NCBI GenBank assembly: GCA_964655955.1
Contig: CAZZPX010000001.1
Location: 1 to 37,143 of the forward strand
DNA: 37,143 nucleotides
Direction of reading: 5' to 3'
From: an uncultured Phycisphaerales bacterium
GTDB lineage: Bacteria; Planctomycetota; Phycisphaerae; Phycisphaerales; JAGLTS01
Shown: piece by piece, positions 22,595 through 32,073 of the stretch
Layout: every line of letters begins with the position of its first letter
How positions within the stretch are numbered: the first letter of the stretch is position 1
Program-made: the position numbers and the translations under genes
The notes under the pieces: generated by a model
What the model saw: only the letters and a program-made list of their open reading frames with translations
Databases searched by the model: none
Told to the model about the DNA's origin: nothing

Positions 22595-24641
22595 AATCAT
22601 CGTGACGGCCGAGGACAAGGCGAGCAGCGTCTTGCAGGGCATCAGCGGCGGGTTCAAGAACCTGGGTGCTATCGCGTTGGGCGGTATCGGCGTGGCTACG
22701 GGCGCGATAGCAGGCATTACCGCCGGCGTGATTAGCCTGGCTTCCAGCGCCGCGCCGGTGGCCGGGCTGCAACAGGGCTTCGAGGCGCTCACGGCATCGA
22801 TGCAAGGCGGCAGCGCGGCCATGCTCTCGGCGCTGCAAGACGCGTCTGGCGGCCTTGTGACCAACACCGATTTGATGCAATCGTTCAACCAGGCCGCGTC
22901 GCTCGTCTCGAAGGATTTTGCGGAGCAGCTTCCTAACGCGATGGGTTACCTGTCCAAAGTGTCGGCGTCCACCGGGCAGAATATGAATTTCATGCTCGAT
23001 TCGTTGGTAAAGGGCGTCGGCCGTCTCAGTCCGATGATCCTGGACAATCTTGGCATTCAGGTCAACTTGACCGAGGCCAATGAGATTTACGCCAAGAGCG
23101 TGGGCAAGTCGGTTGATGAACTGACGAAGGCTGAGCAGCAGACGGCGCTCATGAACCAGGTCATGGAGAAGCTGGCCGAGAACACCGAGGGCATGGAAGG
23201 TCTGTCTAACCCCTTTGAGAAGTTCAAGGTCACGATTGCGAATTTAAAGGATGAGATCGGCCTCAAGCTGTTGCCGGTCGTCGCGCCGCTGATGGAGCGG
23301 TTTGGGGGGCTGGCCCAGCGCGTCGCGCCTATGCTGGCATCGGCCTTTGAGCGCATCATAACCGGGGCCGAGCCGATCGTTGGCATCTTGGATGCCATCG
23401 CCGTCGCGGTGGGGCAGTTCATTGATGCCATCGGCCGCGGTGAAAGCCCGCTCGACGCGTTGATTAATGCCATCATGCGCTTTGGCGTCGAGATGGGCGT
23501 GCCGTCGGCCAAACTGGTCGAGATTCGCACGGCCATCGAGACGTTCATTGAAAAGGTGACTGAGGGCAAAGACCGCATTATGGAATTCGTCGGGCCGATT
23601 GTCGAATCCATTACGCAGTTCGTTAGCTGGAAGGACGTGCTTATCGCGGCCGCTATCGGCATCGGCGCTATCGTTATCCCGGCGATTATCGGCATCGTTA
23701 CTTCATTAGCTCCGCTCTTGCTCGGTATCGCCGCGGTGATTGCCGTTGTCGCCGTGCTGCGCAATGCCTGGGAGAACAACTGGGGCGGGATTCAGGAAAA
23801 GACGCAGGCGGTCATCGACTTCATCAAGCCGCTGATTCAGAACGCGCTGGCGGCTATTCGTGCCTGGTGGGATGAGAACGGCGCGGCCATTATCGCGGCC
23901 GTGCAAAACGCCTGGACAACGATTCAGACTGCCATTCAGACGATCATCACGGTCATCCAGACAGTCATCCAAACCGCGCTGGCGACAATTCGAGACTGGT
24001 GGAGCCAGCACGGAGAGGCGATTGTAACCACCGCGGACAAGGCGTGGGGATTGATTCGAGATGTCATTAACGCGATGGTCGAGCAAATCAAGCAGATTGT
24101 CGCCGCGTTTCAACTCGCCTTTGAGGGCGACTGGCGCGGGTTTGGCGCGAAGTTGCGCGAGATATGGGAAACCGCATGGCGCACTATTGTCAATTTTCTG
24201 AACGGGCTGTGGGATATGGTACGCCCAAAGGTGGTTGAGCTGTGGGAGCGGCTTAAGGCATGGTTCCAGAATACGGATTGGAAGGCGCTGGGCGTGAGCA
24301 TTGTGCAGGGCATCATCGATGGCATTAATTCGATGATTCAGAACGCCCTCAGCGCCGCCGCCTCAATCGGGAGCGCGATTCAGGACGTTATATCCGGCTT
24401 CATCGGCGGCGGCCCGGCCGGTCGGTCAGGCCGTTCGGCGCGGGTTGGTGCGCCACTTCCTACCAGCATCGGCGGCCGCGCGGCTATCGGCGCGGTCGGT
24501 TCCAGTAGCAGCGTGGCAATTTACATCGACGCCCGCGGCGCGGCGCGGGGCGTGGATGCCGATATTCGGCGTGCGCTGGATATGGCAATGCGCGAGTACG
24601 GCATTGCGGCCGAGACGCGCATCCGCGCAGGGGGGCGCTAA
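22575..24641 (+). CDS. tape measure protein
   Basis: 688 aa, Ala/Ile/Gly-rich helical protein with internal hydrophobic stretch and low-complexity TIQTAIQTIITVIQTVIQTAL. Canonical position. Confidence 0.9.
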   Translation: MGKNLVEIIVTAEDKASSVLQGISGGFKNLGAIALGGIGVATGAIAGITAGVISLASSAAPVAGLQQGFEALTASMQGGSAAMLSALQDASGGLVTNTDLMQSFNQAASLVSKDFAEQLPNAMGYLSKVSASTGQNMNFMLDSLVKGVGRLSPMILDNLGIQVNLTEANEIYAKSVGKSVDELTKAEQQTALMNQVMEKLAENTEGMEGLSNPFEKFKVTIANLKDEIGLKLLPVVAPLMERFGGLAQRVAPMLASAFERIITGAEPIVGILDAIAVAVGQFIDAIGRGESPLDALINAIMRFGVEMGVPSAKLVEIRTAIETFIEKVTEGKDRIMEFVGPIVESITQFVSWKDVLIAAAIGIGAIVIPAIIGIVTSLAPLLLGIAAVIAVVAVLRNAWENNWGGIQEKTQAVIDFIKPLIQNALAAIRAWWDENGAAIIAAVQNAWTTIQTAIQTIITVIQTVIQTALATIRDWWSQHGEAIVTTADKAWGLIRDVINAMVEQIKQIVAAFQLAFEGDWRGFGAKLREIWETAWRTIVNFLNGLWDMVRPKVVELWERLKAWFQNTDWKALGVSIVQGIIDGINSMIQNALSAAASIGSAIQDVISGFIGGGPAGRSGRSARVGAPLPTSIGGRAAIGAVGSSSSVAIYIDARGAARGVDADIRRALDMAMREYGIAAETRIRAGGR

Positions 24642-26023
24642 TGGCGCAAATACTGAAAATCTCTGACGGCGCGACGACTGTCGATTTCATGGCAACGCCC
24701 GACGTGTACCGGGTTATCTCGTGGGTTCCGGCCGTGGCGCATCGCAAGACGGGCGTGACCGGCGGCCGCGGCTCCTACGCTGACGTGGTCGAGGAGATGG
24801 TCATCTCGATTACGGCGGCCGACCCGTTGCCTCACCTGGAGACGCTTATCGGGCTGTTCGACCAGGCGCAACGCTGGGAGCGGGGCGAGCCGGTGGCCGC
24901 CGTTCTGTTGCACTACCAGGCGACCTCAGGCGGCGAGGAGCTAAAGTCAGCCATCCGCGGCGCGGCGGGCGATGACGTGCCGATGGTCGAACTGCCGCCC
25001 AACCTGCTACTGTCGCAGGTGACGGGCATCCTCGATAACGTGCGGCTGGTCTTCCGGCGTTCCGGCCTGTGGCTGGGCGCTGAGGAAACGGTCACGGCAT
25101 CGGCCGTCGGCAACGGCGTGACGACCGCGACGGCGCTGTACACGGCCGCGGCCGCGGTGGAATCCCCTATCCGGCTGGCGATGACCGGGCTGGTTGAGAA
25201 CATTTCCCACGTCGCCAATTCCTACATCCTCATGACCGGCGCGGCGACGGCCACGGAAGCCGCCAAGCGGCTCGTGACGATTCATGCCGAGGACTTGACC
25301 AATTCGGGCCTGTTTACCGTTGAAACTGACACGGACAACAACGCTATCACGGGCAATATTCTGCGCTTCCAGCATAGCGGGCCGGATGGCTGGGCTACGT
25401 CCGCGACCGAGACGGTTTCGAGCGTCGTTTCGAGCAACGTGCGCCGCTGGGCGATATTCGTCAACTGGCGCAATAACTCGGCTACGACCAATTTTCAGGT
25501 GCGATTCCAGTTCTACGCGGGCGCTGCGGAGTTGCCGCCGTCGCAATCACTGATTATCCCGGCCGGTATCACTGACCCGCAGTGGTCGTTCGTGAGCACG
25601 GTGAGCCTGCCGCCGCTGTCACCGCTGACCGCGCTACTCATGGAAGTGCTCGCGTCTGACACGTCGGGCACGATTGACTTTGACACGATTGTCCTGATGG
25701 CGGCTGACAACCCGGCCACGGACTGTGTTGTTGGCATCCTGCCGGGGCAGTTGGGAAGCATTAGCTCGGCTAGCCTTGTGATTGGCGGCCATCCGCTGAC
25801 GTATCCCGTCGGGTCGGTCTTCCTCGATGAAACGAACGGGGATATTCACCTGGGCTATACCGGCGACCCGGCGCTCTACATCGCGCCGGGGGCGCGGTCT
25901 ATCGCCGCCAGTTGGTTGACAACGGACGGGGCCAATTGGCGAGCTATTCGCATCTCCGGTGGCGCGATTATGAACGCGGCATTTTCGGCCGTGCGCAGGC
26001 GCGGCTATCTGACGCCGAGGTGA
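24641..26023 (+). CDS. minor tail protein (distal-tail-protein position)
   Basis: TAATG overlap with the tape measure gene. Assigned by synteny only. Confidence 0.7.
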   Translation: MAQILKISDGATTVDFMATPDVYRVISWVPAVAHRKTGVTGGRGSYADVVEEMVISITAADPLPHLETLIGLFDQAQRWERGEPVAAVLLHYQATSGGEELKSAIRGAAGDDVPMVELPPNLLLSQVTGILDNVRLVFRRSGLWLGAEETVTASAVGNGVTTATALYTAAAAVESPIRLAMTGLVENISHVANSYILMTGAATATEAAKRLVTIHAEDLTNSGLFTVETDTDNNAITGNILRFQHSGPDGWATSATETVSSVVSSNVRRWAIFVNWRNNSATTNFQVRFQFYAGAAELPPSQSLIIPAGITDPQWSFVSTVSLPPLSPLTALLMEVLASDTSGTIDFDTIVLMAADNPATDCVVGILPGQLGSISSASLVIGGHPLTYPVGSVFLDETNGDIHLGYTGDPALYIAPGARSIAASWLTTDGANWRAIRISGGAIMNAAFSAVRRRGYLTPR

Positions 26024-26024
26024 C

Positions 26025-27557
26025 ATGCTAACGGTCCAGATTTACGCGGATTCCTCCCAAACGAAATTACTGGCCGACCCGAGTAGCCGGGCCGAGGGCT
26101 TGCGCTTCACGACCAACGAGCGCGGCTTTGCGGTGCTGACTATCACCCGCGTCATTATGTCGCTGGCCGATTCCTTTGAGGTCTACGAGTGGCCGGGCAC
26201 GCCGCACGTGGTCGTGACGGATTCGAGCGGCATGACCATCTGGGAGGGGCGGGTCGAGGATATCAGCATCGTTCGGGGCGGTGTAGCGCTGGCCGCGTTC
26301 GGCTATAGCCGGGCGCTCGAGGACGTGCCCTATACGGCGCTGTGGTCTTACACGCGCACGGCCGGATGGACGGAGGTCACCGAGCAGGAACGGGCAACGG
26401 CCGTTCCGTCGGCTTACGAGATGGACAACAACAACCGGATTTACATCGCTCCGAAAAAGGGCGAGACGTATCCGGGCGGCGCGACCAATATCGGCGCAAT
26501 GAGCTATGCCGCGCCGCATAACGGCAGCCGGACTATTACGAACTTCTCGGCCAGCTATAACCTGCTTTTGCCGTCTGGCTGGACATTGCGCCTCTATTCG
26601 GCCACGCGTGATTTCTCGACGGTTTCAACCGAGGCGACAGTGAACGCGACCGGCTCGGCGCAGTCGGGCACTTGGAACGTGACGCTGGCCAATCCACGGC
26701 CGCGCGTCTATGTCGCCATTACGAACGCGGGCGGCAGCGGCAGTTCTATCAGCGATGAGACGGGCGTGAATTTCGCCCGCCTGACGGATATCCGCATGGC
26801 GTCGACCACGGCCGCGACGGTGACGGCCTCGGCCATTGCCACGGCGCTGGTCACCTACGTCAACGGCGTCAACGGGGGGCAATTGAGCGCGAGCACGTCG
26901 CTTATCGAGGCGACGACGACCGACCTGCGCGATGAGGTCTACGAGGATGAGTATCCGGGCGACTTGCTCTACCGTTTGGCGCTGTTGCACGGCTACGAGT
27001 GGGGCGTGTGGGAAGGGCGACGGCTTCACTTCCGGCCGCTGGCCTCGGCCGGCCGCCACTGGTACGTCGACGTGGTCGGCGGGCTGGAAATGCAGCGCAG
27101 CCTGGAGAACATCCGCAATAGCGCCTATGCCGTTTACCGCAACGCGGCCGGGCGCATCGTGCGTACATTGGCCGCCGGTGACAAGGCCAGTCAAACGCGC
27201 TATGGGCTGGTACGGCGCGGCTATCTGACGGCGCAGACCACGAGCGCGACCGAGGCGGCCGCGCACCGCGACGCATGGCTCGCAGACCGCTCCATGATGC
27301 AGGACAGGGCGCGAATTGACTTTGTCCGCGTCTTCGATGAGACCGGGGCGCCCTATCCGCTGTACTACGTCCGCGCCGGCGACCGCGTGACCATGCGCAA
27401 CTTGCCGCCGACGCTTTCGGGCAACGTCGACCGCATTCGCACCTTCCTCGTGGGCGAGACGGTTTACGACGCCGACCGGGATGAGATTAGCGTCTCGCCC
27501 AGCGTGCCGACGCCGACGCTGGCTACGCTGCTGGCCCGACGGGAGGCGGGTATCTGA
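26025..27557 (+). CDS. minor tail protein (tail-tip/hub position)
   Basis: 510 aa, second gene after the tape measure gene. Assigned by synteny only. Confidence 0.7.
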   Translation: MLTVQIYADSSQTKLLADPSSRAEGLRFTTNERGFAVLTITRVIMSLADSFEVYEWPGTPHVVVTDSSGMTIWEGRVEDISIVRGGVALAAFGYSRALEDVPYTALWSYTRTAGWTEVTEQERATAVPSAYEMDNNNRIYIAPKKGETYPGGATNIGAMSYAAPHNGSRTITNFSASYNLLLPSGWTLRLYSATRDFSTVSTEATVNATGSAQSGTWNVTLANPRPRVYVAITNAGGSGSSISDETGVNFARLTDIRMASTTAATVTASAIATALVTYVNGVNGGQLSASTSLIEATTTDLRDEVYEDEYPGDLLYRLALLHGYEWGVWEGRRLHFRPLASAGRHWYVDVVGGLEMQRSLENIRNSAYAVYRNAAGRIVRTLAAGDKASQTRYGLVRRGYLTAQTTSATEAAAHRDAWLADRSMMQDRARIDFVRVFDETGAPYPLYYVRAGDRVTMRNLPPTLSGNVDRIRTFLVGETVYDADRDEISVSPSVPTPTLATLLARREAGI

Positions 27558-30247
27558 TGTCAGACGGGCCGGAAATTACCCTGCTGAATGACCTTGTCTC
27601 GTGGTGGTCGCTGAATGAGGCCAGCGGCACGCGCAACGATTCTCACGGCGGCAATCACCTGAGCGATGTGAACACCGTCGGCTCGGCTATGGGCAAGGTG
27701 GGCAACGCGGGCGACTTCGTGCGCACGAACAGCGAACGTCTGGAACTGAGCGACAGTTCCGACTACGACGTGAGCGGCAGCTTCACGATTTCCGGCTGGT
27801 TTTACAAGACGACCACGGGCGCGGCGGTACTGGCGTCCGTATGGAATGAGGACGGCGTTGATGAGCGCGGCTGGCGCGTGCAGGCCAACACCGAGACGAA
27901 TATTCGCCTGCAAACGTCCCGTGACGGCACGTTTGGAACGACGCTCAATACCGCCAACGCTACCATCTCGAACGGCACGTGGTACTGGTTTTGCGCGTGG
28001 TATGACGCCAGCGATGACAAGCTCTACATGTCCATCGACAACGCGACGCCGGTCGCGTCGGCTTCGACCACGTCGGCGGTCTACCAGGCTCCGGGCAAGC
28101 TCATCATCGGCGGGCAAGAGACCGGTAGCGGCGGCTCGCAACACTGGGGCGGCTTGATTGATGAGGTCGGTTTCTGGACCCGCGTCCTGACCTCTGACGA
28201 ACGGACTTGGCTCTACAACAGCGCCAGCGGCCGCGCCTATAGCGATCTCGACCAGGGCGGCGGGCAGGAATACCAGCAGGCCGTTGACGGCGCGGTGACG
28301 TTCGCGGGCGTGACGGTGAAACGCGCCGGCAAACCGGCCGCGGGCGAGGTTTCCTTTGCGGGTGAGACGGTTCGGCACACGGGCAAGGCGCTGGCCGGGG
28401 CGGTGACCTATGCAAGCGACTTGCTTCGCAACGTGGCAAGAAAGCTCGCCGGGGCGGTTTCGTTCGCGGGCGACGCGCTGCGCCAGAAGGTAGTGGTGGA
28501 CGCGGGTGAGGTTGCCCCCAATAACCATCAGTACGTCCGGTATGCGAACAATTCCAACAGCTACACGCTGAGCAATTACGCCGTGCCCGCCGGGGCCAAT
28601 AAGGTGCTGGCGGTGACGGTGAGCCTGATGCTCTCGAACGAGAACGGGGTAAACATTAACGGCGTGTCGTTTGACGGCGATGCGCTGACACCGGCGGTTG
28701 CGTCTACGGGTACATCTACCAGTCGCTCGTACTACATAGGAACCTGGATTCTGGTCAACCCGGCGACCAAGACGGGCAATATCGTGGTCTCGCTGACCGG
28801 CAACCATGCCGGGTGCATCATCTCGGCCGTGACGCTGACGGGAGTTGACCAAACGACGCCGTTTTCCCATACCGGCGTGACCAGTGTCACGCTAGATAGC
28901 ACCTCGTTCGATGAAAACGACCCGCCGTATGGCGGAGACTGGACTGGCACGCCCGGCGATTACTACCTGTATGCCGTCGCGTCCAACGCCAGCAACAACC
29001 CAACGTGGGCATGGGATGATTTTGGCGGCACGGCCGAACTGTACGACCTGAATAACGGATCGTCTAGCAACAACGAAGTGGCCGGTTCGGGCGCGAGTGG
29101 AGCGCCATCCGGGGGGTGGGCGTGGGTTACGTCCGACCCCGTCACCCCGCCGCGCACGGTGGGCGTGGCTGTGGGATTCGTTGCGGCGGCCGTCAGCCAG
29201 GAATACGAGAAGGAAATTGGCGGCGCGGTGACGTTTGCGGGCGTGACCATCCGGCTACCCAACAAGGCGTTGGCGGGCGCGACCACGCCTGCGGGAGAAC
29301 TCTCGCGGGATATCGGCAAGCTGGTCGCCGGTGCTGTGAGCCTCGCCGGTAGCATCGTGAGGGACAGCACGCACAGTCTGGCCGGGGCGGTATCGGCCGC
29401 GGGCGACGTGGTACGCCAGACGGCCAAACCGCTGGCCGGCGCTTGGTCGGCCGCGGGCAACATCTCGCGCCGCGTCTCGAAACGATTGGCCGCGGAGTTG
29501 TCCTTCGACGGCACGATAGAAGAGGCGCGGGCGTTCCTGTACGCGCTGGCCGGGTCGCTTTCCTTCGACGGCGGGGTCAGGCTGCAACCGTGGAAGGTCT
29601 TGCGCGGCGCGTGGTCGGCCGCGGGCAACATCTCGCGGCAGACGATGAAGCCGCTGGGCGGGGCGTGGGCGGCGGCCGGGACTGTCTCGCGGGCGGTGAC
29701 CAGGTCGCTCAGCGGGGCGCTGGCGCTGGCCGGTAACGTGAGCCGCCATGTGACTGCTCGTGTGTCGGGCGCGGTGGCGTTCACGAGCACCGTGACGCGA
29801 CAGATGGCCGTCTCGCTGTCGAGCGCGTTGAACCTGAGCGGGCTGACCGAAACGGCTCGCTTTCGGTTTGTCGCGCTGGCCGGGGCGCTAACCTCGGCGG
29901 GGTCGCTCGTGCGCCACGTTGCGACCAGTCGCGTATCCGGCGCGGTGGCGTTTAGCGGTGAGATTGTGCGGCGTGTCTCGGTGCTGCTGTCCGGCTCGCT
30001 GGACATGGCCGGGGCGACCGGCCGCTTTATCACGCGGGCGCTGTCCGGCACGCTGGCGACGGCCGGGACGGTGGCCCGGCGCATTTCTCGGCAATTAGGT
30101 GGGGCGGTCTCGTGGGTCGGGTCTGTTCTGCCTGTGCACTATCCCGGCGGTTTCGCGCCGGGCATTGTCCATCTGACGGCGCGGGCACGTTCGCTCGTGC
30201 TAACAGCGCGAAAGCGAATTTTTACGCTGACCGCAAGAAAAAAGTAG
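27557..30247 (+). CDS. tail fibre/receptor-binding protein: N-terminal LamG (concanavalin-like lectin) domain plus two arrays of 18-aa repeats flanking a globular domain
   Basis: LVSWWSLNEASGTRNDSHGGNH...FTISGWF...LIDEVGFWTRVLTSDERTWLYN is typical of the LamG_3 domains found in phage fibres. Repeats have the form (L)AGAVSFAG-x3-R-x5. Confidence 0.85.
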   Translation: MSDGPEITLLNDLVSWWSLNEASGTRNDSHGGNHLSDVNTVGSAMGKVGNAGDFVRTNSERLELSDSSDYDVSGSFTISGWFYKTTTGAAVLASVWNEDGVDERGWRVQANTETNIRLQTSRDGTFGTTLNTANATISNGTWYWFCAWYDASDDKLYMSIDNATPVASASTTSAVYQAPGKLIIGGQETGSGGSQHWGGLIDEVGFWTRVLTSDERTWLYNSASGRAYSDLDQGGGQEYQQAVDGAVTFAGVTVKRAGKPAAGEVSFAGETVRHTGKALAGAVTYASDLLRNVARKLAGAVSFAGDALRQKVVVDAGEVAPNNHQYVRYANNSNSYTLSNYAVPAGANKVLAVTVSLMLSNENGVNINGVSFDGDALTPAVASTGTSTSRSYYIGTWILVNPATKTGNIVVSLTGNHAGCIISAVTLTGVDQTTPFSHTGVTSVTLDSTSFDENDPPYGGDWTGTPGDYYLYAVASNASNNPTWAWDDFGGTAELYDLNNGSSSNNEVAGSGASGAPSGGWAWVTSDPVTPPRTVGVAVGFVAAAVSQEYEKEIGGAVTFAGVTIRLPNKALAGATTPAGELSRDIGKLVAGAVSLAGSIVRDSTHSLAGAVSAAGDVVRQTAKPLAGAWSAAGNISRRVSKRLAAELSFDGTIEEARAFLYALAGSLSFDGGVRLQPWKVLRGAWSAAGNISRQTMKPLGGAWAAAGTVSRAVTRSLSGALALAGNVSRHVTARVSGAVAFTSTVTRQMAVSLSSALNLSGLTETARFRFVALAGALTSAGSLVRHVATSRVSGAVAFSGEIVRRVSVLLSGSLDMAGATGRFITRALSGTLATAGTVARRISRQLGGAVSWVGSVLPVHYPGGFAPGIVHLTARARSLVLTARKRIFTLTARKK
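28281..28487 (+). repeat. first array of ~54-bp (18-aa) coding repeats, about 4 units (approximate bounds)
   Basis: AVDGAVTFAGVTVKRAGKP / AAGEVSFAGETVRHTGKAL / AGAVTYASDLLRNVARKL / AGAVSFAGDALRQ. Confidence 0.7.
29218..30130 (+). repeat. second array of ~54-bp (18-aa) coding repeats, about 17 units (approximate bounds)
   Basis: GGAVTFAGVTIRLPNKAL AGATTPAGELSRDIGKLV AGAVSLAGSIVRDSTHSL AGAVSAAGDVVRQTAKPL AGAWSAAGNISRRVSKRL ... GTLATAGTVARRISRQLG GAVSWVG. Two units (near 29441 and 29601) are nearly identical at the DNA level. Confidence 0.75.
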
Positions 30248-30256
30248 AGGTAGCAA

Positions 30257-30868
30257 ATGAACGGAAATGTATTGATGCAGGGTAAGTTGTTGGCGCGGGT
30301 CATTCACCCGCCGGGACCGGGGCTGGCCTGGAAGCTGCGCAACGCGTTGCGCTGGGACTTCATCCTCGGCCTCATTGGAATGTTCCTGGCGAAAAGCCTG
30401 ACCAGGCTGACGGGCATCCCGACGCTGGTTAGTTCGCTGCGCGTGCGCAAGCTGGCGGCCGACGGCCAGATGATTGACTATGGCGTGGTCGGACGGCGCG
30501 TCGTGACGGATGCGTTTGCCGAGTTTATGGTCGACCAGTTGCAGACCGAAAGCAGTGCGTGGGGCGATTTCAAGTATCACGACAGCGGCGTCGGCACGAC
30601 GGCCGCGGATGTCACGGACACGGATATCGAGACCACGGACGGTGAAAGCCGGGCGACCGGCTCGCAGACCGAGGGGGCGAATCCGAACGAATATGTGAGC
30701 GTAGGGACTATCACTTATTCGACCACGAAGGCCATTACCGAGCACGGGTTGTTCAATGCCTCATCTTCGGGCGTGCTGCTCGACCGGCATACGTTCTCGG
30801 CCATCAATGTGGTTGACGGTGACAGCATCCAGTTCACCTATACGTTGGAAGTGACCAGCGGGGGCTAA
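30257..30868 (+). CDS. tail-fibre-associated protein (beta-sandwich; tail-collar-fibre-like C-terminal half)
   Basis: RBS AGAGGtagcaaATG. ...HDSGVGTTAADVTDTDIE...ITEHGLFNASSSGVLLDRHTFSAINV...IQFTYTLEV resembles the N-terminal domain pattern of P2-type fibre proteins. Weak call. Confidence 0.6.
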   Translation: MNGNVLMQGKLLARVIHPPGPGLAWKLRNALRWDFILGLIGMFLAKSLTRLTGIPTLVSSLRVRKLAADGQMIDYGVVGRRVVTDAFAEFMVDQLQTESSAWGDFKYHDSGVGTTAADVTDTDIETTDGESRATGSQTEGANPNEYVSVGTITYSTTKAITEHGLFNASSSGVLLDRHTFSAINVVDGDSIQFTYTLEVTSGG

Positions 30869-30869
30869 T

Positions 30870-31181
30870 ATGGCCTCCAGCATCGCCCGAGAAGTTTGGG
30901 AAGGCGCTCAGTTCCAGGGCGTCGATGAGAAAATCGCGTACACGCTGGACGTGTCGCGGTTGGGTACGCCGTCGTCGCCGGTCATCGTCGTGAAAGACGA
31001 GGCCGGTGACGACGTGACGACCGCCGTCATGCCGGTGAATGTTCCGACGCTGCAGGGCGACAGGATTCTATTGTCGCCGCTGTATGGGCTGACGGCCGGC
31101 GTCCGTTATCGGGTCGAGGTGAAATATACCATCGACGGCAATGTACTGGAATCCTATTTCTATGTGCAGGGGCAGGAATAG
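30870..31181 (+). CDS. hypothetical protein (tail/fibre module)
   Basis: 103 aa, tightly packed, beta-rich sequence. Confidence 0.65.
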   Translation: MASSIAREVWEGAQFQGVDEKIAYTLDVSRLGTPSSPVIVVKDEAGDDVTTAVMPVNVPTLQGDRILLSPLYGLTAGVRYRVEVKYTIDGNVLESYFYVQGQE

Positions 31182-31184
31182 CCG

Positions 31185-31484
31185 GTGATAACCCAGGCGA
31201 CAACCGTTCTACAGGTCGCCAGCGTCATCGTGTTCGCCATTACGACCGCCGCGGCCGTGTGGGGCATGAAGCGACGGCCGCGGCGATGGTGGCTGTTCCT
31301 GCCACCTGTGTTGTTCGCGGCCGGCGGGGTGATTTATTACGCCCTTGCCTTCACAGGGCGGCTGTCGTCGGCTGAGTTTTTGCTGTGGGGTGCCGCACAC
31401 CGGTTCGTGGGCGCGGTGCTCATAGGAGGGGCGGTCGTGGCATTGGCGGCCGTTATCGTAACGGTGCATGGCGATGACGAATGA
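31185..31484 (+). CDS. multi-pass membrane protein (holin candidate 1)
   Basis: GTG start. 3-4 hydrophobic segments and a charged C-terminus (HGDDE). Confidence 0.65.
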   Translation: MITQATTVLQVASVIVFAITTAAAVWGMKRRPRRWWLFLPPVLFAAGGVIYYALAFTGRLSSAEFLLWGAAHRFVGAVLIGGAVVALAAVIVTVHGDDE

Positions 31485-32073
31485 GACCCGACTGATAATC
31501 GAGGCCGGCTTTTTCATCATCGCGATGACCGTCATCATTTTTTTGGTAGTCAGGGCTGCTATCAAGGCGCGGCACCGGTCGCCGGCCGCGATTGACATCT
31601 ATCGCCGGTTGGTTGACGAATCGGCGCGAGACCTGAATGCCCGTATGGATGAGTATGACGCGCGGCAGGCGCGGGACAGGCAGGAGATTGACCGTTTGCA
31701 CGCTGACCTTGCAGCGTGGAAGGCCTACGCACGCCAGTCGTCGCAACACAGCCAGCAGCTCGTGGATATGCTGCATGAGATGGGGTTCCAGGGAGAGATT
31801 CCGCCGCCGCCGGAACCCCCCTCTACGCCGCACTACCAGCTTCCGGGCAGTAATTCCGAGAATGACCGGCGGCTGGCGGCTGAATTAGCGGATGCGTTCA
31901 ATCTGGAGGAGCTGGAGGATCTGGCCTTTCATCTGGGCATAGCGGCGGACACTATTCCCGGCGACACCGTGCCGGTGCGGGCGCGCGAGCTAGTGAGGTA
32001 TTGCCGGCGGCGCGGGATGACGGAGCGATTGCGCAAAACGGCCGCGGAGAAGCGGCCGAGGAGGAACGAATGA
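31468..32073 (+). CDS. membrane-anchored coiled-coil protein with C-terminal EAD-like (effector-associated/Death-like adaptor) domain
   Basis: N-terminal TM segment (LIIEAGFFIIAMTVIIFLVV), a coiled coil, a Pro-rich linker, then LAAELADAFNLEELEDLAFHLGIAADTIPGDTVPVRARELVRYCRRRGMTERL...RP. Confidence 0.65.
   Translation: MAMTNETRLIIEAGFFIIAMTVIIFLVVRAAIKARHRSPAAIDIYRRLVDESARDLNARMDEYDARQARDRQEIDRLHADLAAWKAYARQSSQHSQQLVDMLHEMGFQGEIPPPPEPPSTPHYQLPGSNSENDRRLAAELADAFNLEELEDLAFHLGIAADTIPGDTVPVRARELVRYCRRRGMTERLRKTAAEKRPRRNE

Noticed and set aside
27557-30247. Diversity-generating retroelement target in the repeat-rich fibre gene
   Set aside because: There is no reverse transcriptase gene in the window. 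There is no non-coding template repeat with adenine-specific mismatches, and no C-type-lectin variable region at the C-terminus.
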